Part shown: positions 56,441 to 64,000 of the stretch, one piece after another
Position numbering within the stretch: the first letter of the stretch is position 1
Layout: each line of letters opens with the position of its first letter
Assembly: GCA_951406725.2 (NCBI GenBank)
Contig: OX597817.1
Coordinates: 69,626,001-69,690,000 of the forward strand
Direction of reading: 5' to 3'
From: Octopus vulgaris
Lineage: Eukaryota
Length of the DNA stretch: 64,000 nucleotides
Notes under the pieces: generated by a model
What the model was told of the DNA's origin: nothing
Databases searched by the model: none
Seen by the model: the letters and a program-made list of their open reading frames with translations, nothing else
Translations under genes and position numbers: made by a program

Positions 56441-58324
56441 TATATAATGTCATGCAATCCATTTTCCATTATTCATCTATGTAAATATACATACACACAT
56501 AAACACATGCATATATACCTTTATGCACATACACAGACATGTGCATACATACACACATATACAAAAATTTAATTTTTTGCATCAAATTCTCTTTACCTTT
56601 CAGTAAGTGAAACAAGACCAAGAAATGAATTTTCTCAATGTATATTGATAATTTAGACATTAAGTATCAATAACTTCCATCATGCATATATTGATATTTC
56701 TGAGAAATATGGCAAAAGACTTTGACACTTAATATATTATATACTTTTGTTAAATTACTGATTTTTTGTGTTAGAATAATACATATCATAGCATGGGTAG
56801 TAGAATAGATTACATTTATGAAATATAGAAAATTTCAATTCTTTTTTTTATTGCTTTTACAGCTTTGCTGCTGTGTTGCAAATATTCAATATCAATTATA
56901 TTTATTAAGTTTGCATTAATATAAATCTTCCATAGTTCTGTATTAAATAATCTGTACTGAGTTTTGATAGCTGATCCCAAATGTAATCAACAAAGTATTT
57001 AGTATTGAAATAATTAACGGAGTGTAAGAAAAACTGCTTTGTATTATTTAGTTACAATCCTTTAAGTTCTAAGTTCAAATCCTGTTAAAATTGGTTTTAC
57101 TTTTTCTCATTACAGGGTTAATAAAATAAAAGTACTCTGGTTGATGTAATCCGACTACTTAGGCTAGAGGTTGTCTGCCCTTGGGCAGGTTCTGTAAATG
57201 TAAACCTTCTCCAGGAGCACTCTCTGTATGATCAGGGTGATGCCCTACCTTCCTTTGTTGCATTTAAGTAGATTACTGACACTTCAGCTACCATTACTAG
57301 ACTTGGGATGAATACAGGAATAGTTTCCCATTGCCTTCTCCTGGCAGGTGTGATTTGAATTGGGAATGTAAGGAGTATAAAGATATACCATTAAGCTCCA
57401 ACAAATCTGCTACTCTCCCAGCTGCAGAACAACATGAAATGAAGTGTTTTGCTTAAGAACACAACGTGCTGCCCAGTCTACAAACTGAACCCACAATCTA
57501 TAGATTGTGTGTGAACCTCTAACTACTAGGTCATGTACCTTCAATCCAACTACTCCTCTGTCTTAAATTTATCATCTAGTTTTAAAATTTATCGTCTTTA
57601 GTTTTTACTCAAGAGGGACAGCATTGTCCATGGTCAGTTACAAGGTCTCTAAGATTGGCAAAACGGAGAAAAGACGTTATCCTTAAACCAGAATCCATTT
57701 CTGAATGCTTGCAGCAGAGTATGAAAGTCAGGGACACTGTTCCTTCCTCTGGACTTAGCAAATAAAAAACAGGCATTTGACAAGTTGACATGTAACCATT
57801 TAGTCTGTTTTCATTTGGATATAATATATTTTGGATTAAATTATCCAATGTGCTACTCTGCTTTTCGAAAAGACAGGCTGTGATATGAGGAAGATTGACA
57901 GTTATTTTTAGTTGTTTAGCTGCATAAGACTTGTAGGCCAACTACTAAAAAATTCAATCATTGAGCAAATCTTGATTAAAGGAATTTCAGCCGTATTATC
58001 ATACAAATTACCTTGTTTCCTAGAATAGTTTTAATTAGTACTGAGTGAGCCCTGATGAAGCAGTCTTATGATTAAATACATTCTAGGGATAAACATCATA
58101 TCTTATTTCAGATGTTATATGTGTGACAATATAAAATGTATTTTTCTAAAATAGTAGTTTGTAATTGGGGGAAGATTATTTAGCTACTAGCACTAACAGG
58201 TCAAGCAACATATGAAGGCAGCTTGTAAAGTCTTATGGTCAATACCAGTATTTTTGTTTCAGATTTGTTAAAGTTAGGCAATATCATTTGCAATTAGAAT
58301 TGTGTTATTCCTTTGAGAGTGCAA

Positions 58325-58358
<34 letters not shown>

Positions 58359-58359
58359 A

Positions 58360-58398
<39 letters not shown>

Positions 58399-59335
58399 TT
58401 CTTGTCTTAACAGGTAAAGGCCTATAGCTGGCAGAAAATATATATAAATAAATAAATATTTTCTGAATCTATCCCCAAATGAAATTTATAAAAGAGCTTG
58501 CAGATTTGGTAAAAAAATCTTTTTGTATGCACAACTGTGTTGGCAACAAATAAGCAATCATAGAATTTCAACACAGCCAGAAAAGAATAGATGAGTAGAT
58601 TAGATGCATGTACATGCATTTCATTCAAAATATATCCGGTATCGAAATGCAAAGTAGCCTTTTGCTGTAAACTATATTTATAGAGTCAGTTTAGCACAAA
58701 AGAAACTGTGATTTGAAGAAATCCAATTCAATTCATTCCTGACAGTCCTTTAGTATTAACATTCCAGAACTATTCTATCAGAGGAGAAAGATAAATGAAA
58801 AAAATATATTATTCCTGACAACTTATTCTTATTATGACTCTCTGCTGGTTCTTGTCTTGCCAAACGCAACCAATAAAAGCTTATATAATCCATACATGCA
58901 GTGAATACTGTGGAGTGATGGCTAAGTTTGCTTTATGTTGAGTTGAATCAGTTGCAATCAGCTTTCGTTTCCTTGTTGTAGATATTTCACTTAATTTATG
59001 TTTCTTTTATTAGCGTTTGTTCTTTTATTGATTTTAACCATTTACTGTGGCCATACTAGGGTTAAGTTTCAAAAACTTTCCTGTAGTAAATCATATTAAT
59101 TCCAATATTCTTTTCAGTGTACTATTTGCAGTTGCTTGATGCTAGCATTGTTGTGTGGTTAATAAGTTTTCTTTGTAACCATTTGGTTACAAGGTCCCAC
59201 TGTGTTGCATCTTAGTTAAGTGCCTTGCCTTCTGCTGTAGCCGTAGGATAACCAAAGTTGTGTGAGTGGATTTGGTAGATGGAAACAACAATAAAATGCC
59301 TGTCATTCATTCATTCATTTATACATACATACATA

Positions 59336-59431
<96 letters not shown>

Positions 59432-59448
59432 CATATATACATACATAC

Positions 59449-59794
59449 TATTAACATAAAGCTAAAGATCAGTGAAAAAGAAAGTACTTAAGCTGAACTA
59501 CTGAGGAATCTAGTTACACTATCCAGATTACAAGTTTAGATTTATACCTGTAATTATTGGGACACTGGGATATGTAACACACTGCCTAAATGCCAATCTT
59601 AGGAAATTAAGCTCCTCAAAACCAGAAAAGAGAAAGCTGATTTGAAGATTACAGATCCAAGCTGGAACTGTAAAATCTGTAAAACTTTCCGGAAGTTTAT
59701 TATTTAAGTATACATGACAAAGTCTAGACATGTAACTATATGCATGAGAATACATACATACATAAAACAAAACATGCAAATCTGCACATATACA
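59449..59794 (+). mobile_element. 3' part of REL-endonuclease (R4/Dong-like) retrotransposon following (TACA)n
   Basis: NIKLKISEKEST*AELLRNL..HYPDYKFRFIPVIIGTLGYVTHCLNANL..KRKLI*RLQIQ. Confidence 0.7.
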
Positions 59795-60070
59795 ATCTGT
59801 TAGTGACATAGTGAAGTCTTGTAAGACTTTCCAAAAATGATCTCTCTGAGATTCTTATGTGAATAGATGCACACACTTGGGTGTAAGAATCGACTGTTCA
59901 ACCAACACACCAGCTGAAGAACATGTTTACAAACACCAGGAACTTCCCTAACTGAAAAGGTTTTGTCACTTTGTTAGTGACTGGCATGAACTCTTGCAAG
60001 AACTTAAATTCAACTCAAAGAAAGATCATAGAAATATACATAAAAACATACATACATATATAAAAAGATC

Positions 60071-60363
60071 ACCCTTTTCAAGCCTAGCCAGGGCCCAGTT
60101 TCCCAGTTTCTGTGGCATATGTGTTCCCCCCAGCTGGACGGGATGCCAGTCCATCGCAGCCTTACTCAAAAAACAGGAAGAGAGAGTGAGAGAAAGTTGT
60201 GGTGAAAGAGTACAACAGAGGTCACCACCACCCCCTGCCGGAGCCTTGTGGAGCTTTAGGTGTTTTGCTCAATAAACACACACAACGCCTGGTCTGGGAA
60301 TCAAAACTGCGATCCTCTGACCATGAGTCCACTGCCCTAACCACTGGGCCATTGCGCCTCCAC
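60071..60363 (-). mobile_element. tRNA-derived SINE, family C
   Basis: Head gtggaggcgcaatggcccagtggttagggcagtggactc on the minus strand. Confidence 0.85.
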
Positions 60364-60660
60364 ACATACATATATACATATATATAAATATACATATATA
60401 AGGTTAGTAGAGTTAGAGGTTGGATTAACTGTCTAAGGGATAAAAGTATCCATTATATTACTGGTATAATTACCTATGTTCACCTTAGACATACACATGC
60501 AAGCATATTATGCTCATAGATTACAGGTAATGACAAAGATAAATATGAGTTAATGAGGAATTCAATTTAAAATAAACAGAAAATGGAGAAATATTGATCA
60601 ACAACAATTGACTTACATCTATTATTATTTATTAATTCAATACAAATAGACTGCATCCCA

Positions 60661-60775
60661 ACTAACAGCTGTTTCTGCTTCCAATATAGTATGGTATTGC
60701 CATTGATATTCTAAAAATAATATTCATCATATTTGGTAATAAGAACCAATCTGGGGCATGGAGCTTCATCAGAGT
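60661..60775 (-). ncRNA. Type-I hammerhead-like motif with long stem-II insert and palindromic stem III
   Basis: act-CTGATGA-agctcca..(~75 nt)..tggaagca-GAAA-cagctg-TT-agt. Confidence 0.55.
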
Positions 60776-61736
60776 GAAGAAAAATACATACATAAAAAGA
60801 AAAGAAAAGAAGAAGAGCCTCGAGAGGAAAAGGAAAGACTTAATATGTTTAAATCATAATATTTTGCTTATGTGTCACTTTGGGATGTTGAGTAAATGAC
60901 TAAACTTAAAATAGGAATTGGTGCGTTAATTTTTCTATGGGGGTAATAGGATGGATAAGTGATAAAAAAAGTAAAACTAAAAAAATTTACAATAACAGGA
61001 CACGCTAATAGGTTTAGTCAAAGAGGGAGTAAAGGTACCGTAAAGTTTTGAAGTAAACATAATAGTTTTTAATAATTATGTTTATAGGACTAATTAATAG
61101 TTTATCATAATAAAGTGCCCAACAATTAATTTTAATTATTTGCTTACTAATATGTTGTAAAGTCTAACCACCTATCTCCCGTAATGGGATTGACCAAGGT
61201 CCAGAATTCTATATAACTGGTCAGTTAAACTTAAAAACAAAGGGCCAGTTATTAAAACCGTTATATGGATTTATAAAATAAATAAATAAAATAAATAAAT
61301 AAAAGTATGGAAAAGTGGTATATGCTGTCAGGGGCCCAAAAACGCTTAGGATATTTTATATAAAATAAATATATCATCAACATCATCATCATCATCATTT
61401 GACATCTGTTATCCACACACTCACTCACTCACACACACAGAAGCAACATACATGCATGCACACATATATACAAATAGATTAATATGAATATATGTGAGGT
61501 GTGTATAGGGGTGGGATGTTTGTATTGCATTGTCACAGTTGTAAAATGAATACGGTTATCACATAAATTGTGTTTCTTGTATTCAGTCTTCTGTGGAAGC
61601 AGACACAGCCATGAGAAAATAATACTATGTTTGAAGACAAATGAGGATTATGGGTGGGAAAGGCATTTGTCCAAAGAAAAATATACCTCAACAAATTCCG
61701 TCTGACTTTTGTAGACATGTAAAAATGAACATTGAA

Positions 61737-61767
<31 letters not shown>

Positions 61768-62542
61768 CAATCTGATTCCAGTTGGGAAGCCTTTGTTTAT
61801 TGCTATCATCAAAGAATAGTGACCTAGGACAGTAAACCAGCAATAACTAACCTATTGCCTCTCCCTTGCTTTTCTCACTCATCAGACAATGAGAGCCTGT
61901 GAAAGACCGCAGACATTGCCCTTCCTTCTCTGACTAAGCCACACATAAATAAATACAAAAATAAAAAAAGATTAAAAGATCATGAATATTTTCTGTTTTG
62001 AAAACCGCTATAAAACAACATCAAATTTTTGAAAAATGCAGATAAAAGCTAATCAAAAATATTCGTTGCTTGCATTTGCCTGTTTCCCAAAGATAACGGT
62101 AGAGATACAAATGAGATAAATTTCAGTATAGAAGAGTGCTCTGCGACCGGTAAGCCACAGCACACTGTTGTGCCTTGAGATGATGCTTGGTGTGCCACAG
62201 TGTAACTTGAATATAATTTGTTTCCTTATATTTTTAGTTATAATTTTAGTTCAGATGTGCTGCTGAATTTTGAAAAGAATATAAATATACGGCAAGTGAA
62301 AAATGATTGCGGAGCAATGGAATAGAATCAAAATCAGTTCAAGTGCTAGTTATATGAACATAGGTACAAGCATAGCTGTGTGGTAAGAAGCTTGCTTCCC
62401 AACTACATGATTCAGGGTTCAGTCCTACCGTGTGGCACCTTGGGCAAGTGTCTTCTACTATAGCCTTGGGCCCACCAAAGCCTTGTGAGTGGATTTGGTG
62501 GACAACAGATATCAAATGATAATGATGATGATGAGAAGGAGG

Positions 62543-62592
<50 letters not shown>

Positions 62593-62639
62593 TTTTACTC
62601 ATTTCAGCCATGCAGCTGTGGTCATACTGGAGCACCACC

Positions 62640-64000
62640 GTGGTCTTTCTGATTTCTTCAGTCTTGAGTGTTTCACATCACCACACCTGTATGTGCCTTT
62701 GTCCCGTCTGTTGGCCCATTTGGTGTTGTGGAGAGGAGAATGTCTAGTTCCTTTTTAAAGACATCTGCTTCCATCTTATACAGATTTCTTAATTTTTGTG
62801 GCAAGGCATTGAAGAACTGTGGCCCTTTGAACCCTAGACTATTGCAGTATCTGGTTCTGAATTTAGTTGGAGTGGATGGTATTTTTGGTACAATTCAAAG
62901 GCGGCCAGTTCTGGCATTTGTATAACACTCAATGCTGAAATTAGGTACTAGACCTTCTAGAGTTTTCCATATGTAGATTATTTCATATCTGTCGCACCTT
63001 CGCTCCAGGGAGTAAAGCTGCAGCTTTCTCAGCCTATTCCTGCTGCACTGTTTCAATCTTTTTAGTGCAGTGGCATTGGAATGCTTCAAGCTCTGCTATT
63101 AGTTTGGCACTGTGTGGTGACCATAATTGGGAGCAGTAGTCCAGGTCACTGAGAACAAAGGTTCTCCACAGGGTCAACATAGTTTCTTGGTCTCTTGTCT
63201 TGAAGGATCTCAGTATCCATCCTGCCAGTTGTCTGCATTTTGCTGCCATCTTGGTAATGTACATATAAAATGGAGTGTCATTGCACTTACTGATCTCCAA
63301 GATTGTAGTGGCTTTGGGTCCTGTATATGCAGGCTGTAGTGTATTTGTGAGTTGACAGTGCAGTGCTTGAACTGTATGTTGCTTATTTTAGACCACTTGT
63401 ATATTGAATTCAGGTCCCACTGTAAACTTGCGATATCATCTTGATTTTCTATTGCTTGTGATAATTTTGTATCATCAGCATAGCTAGTGACAGTGGCTGT
63501 TCAAATGACTGTGGGAATGTCTAAGAGGGCTATTATGAACAGTAAGGACTCCAGAACACTACACCACTCGGGATTTGAATTTCCCCAGAAAGGGTACCAC
63601 TGGTTGCAACTGTCTGACTTCTGTCTTTAAGGAAGTCATGCAGCCACTCTCCCAGTTTACCAGCAACGCCAAGGTCTCATAGCCTATGACATATCATGCT
63701 GTGATCTACCTGATAATAAACCTTTACAAAGTCAAGGTGTATCACACTGACATCTGAATGGTCAAGCAGCTGTTTCAAAATCAAGTCATAGTACTGTAGG
63801 AGTTGTGTGAGGCAGCTTCTTCCTGGACAAAAGCCATGCTGTGTATTGTCCAGTAGGTCATTTTCTTCTGGGAACAGTATCAACTTCTTTCTGATGATAT
63901 GCTCCATGACTTCACTGATATGTGAAGTCAAAGAGATTGGCGTGTAGATTTTGGCCTCTGCTCTGCTTCCACCTTCGTGAATAGGGCATATAATGCTTTC
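62640..64000 (-). mobile_element. CR1/L2-group LINE ORF2 (RT) pseudogene, running off the window end
   Basis: PISLTSHISEVME..TQHGFCPGRSCLTQLL..HLDFVKV, SYADDTK, WILRSFKTRD..LDYCSQLWSPH, LYSLERRCDRY; multiple frameshifts. Confidence 0.92.

Noticed and set aside
57609-57941. ORF ending GQCCPS as a possible upstream B4GALT exon
   Set aside because: An in-frame TGA precedes the GT and there is no family similarity.

Overview
AT-rich, repeat-saturated animal genomic DNA. The SINE, LINE and microsatellite repertoire points to a cephalopod, probably Octopus (inference). Only one host coding exon is well supported: a 242-bp internal exon of a beta-1,4-galactosyltransferase/GalNAc-transferase (GT7, B4GALT/bre-4 family) gene on the minus strand at 32923-33164, so most of the window is probably intronic. 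The rest consists of tRNA-derived SINEs, decayed LINEs (RTE, CR1/L2, Tx1-like, R4/Dong-like, Penelope), mariner/Tc1 relics, a non-autonomous Helitron, TTAA MITEs, microsatellites and one 100-N gap. Almost all ORFs in the track are microsatellite artefacts. The most interesting signal is about a dozen minimal type-I hammerhead-ribozyme-like motifs in short elements inserted in (TA)n tracts, probably Penelope-like pLTR remnants. These include two adjacent fold-back palindromes carrying a hammerhead motif on each strand, copies with compensatory stem changes, and a subfamily with a non-canonical CUGUCGA core. Also present are a ~1.27-kb inverted duplication, a 177-bp locally templated insertion and an internally inverted RTE fragment. 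All coordinates and folds were read by eye; nothing was computed or searched.
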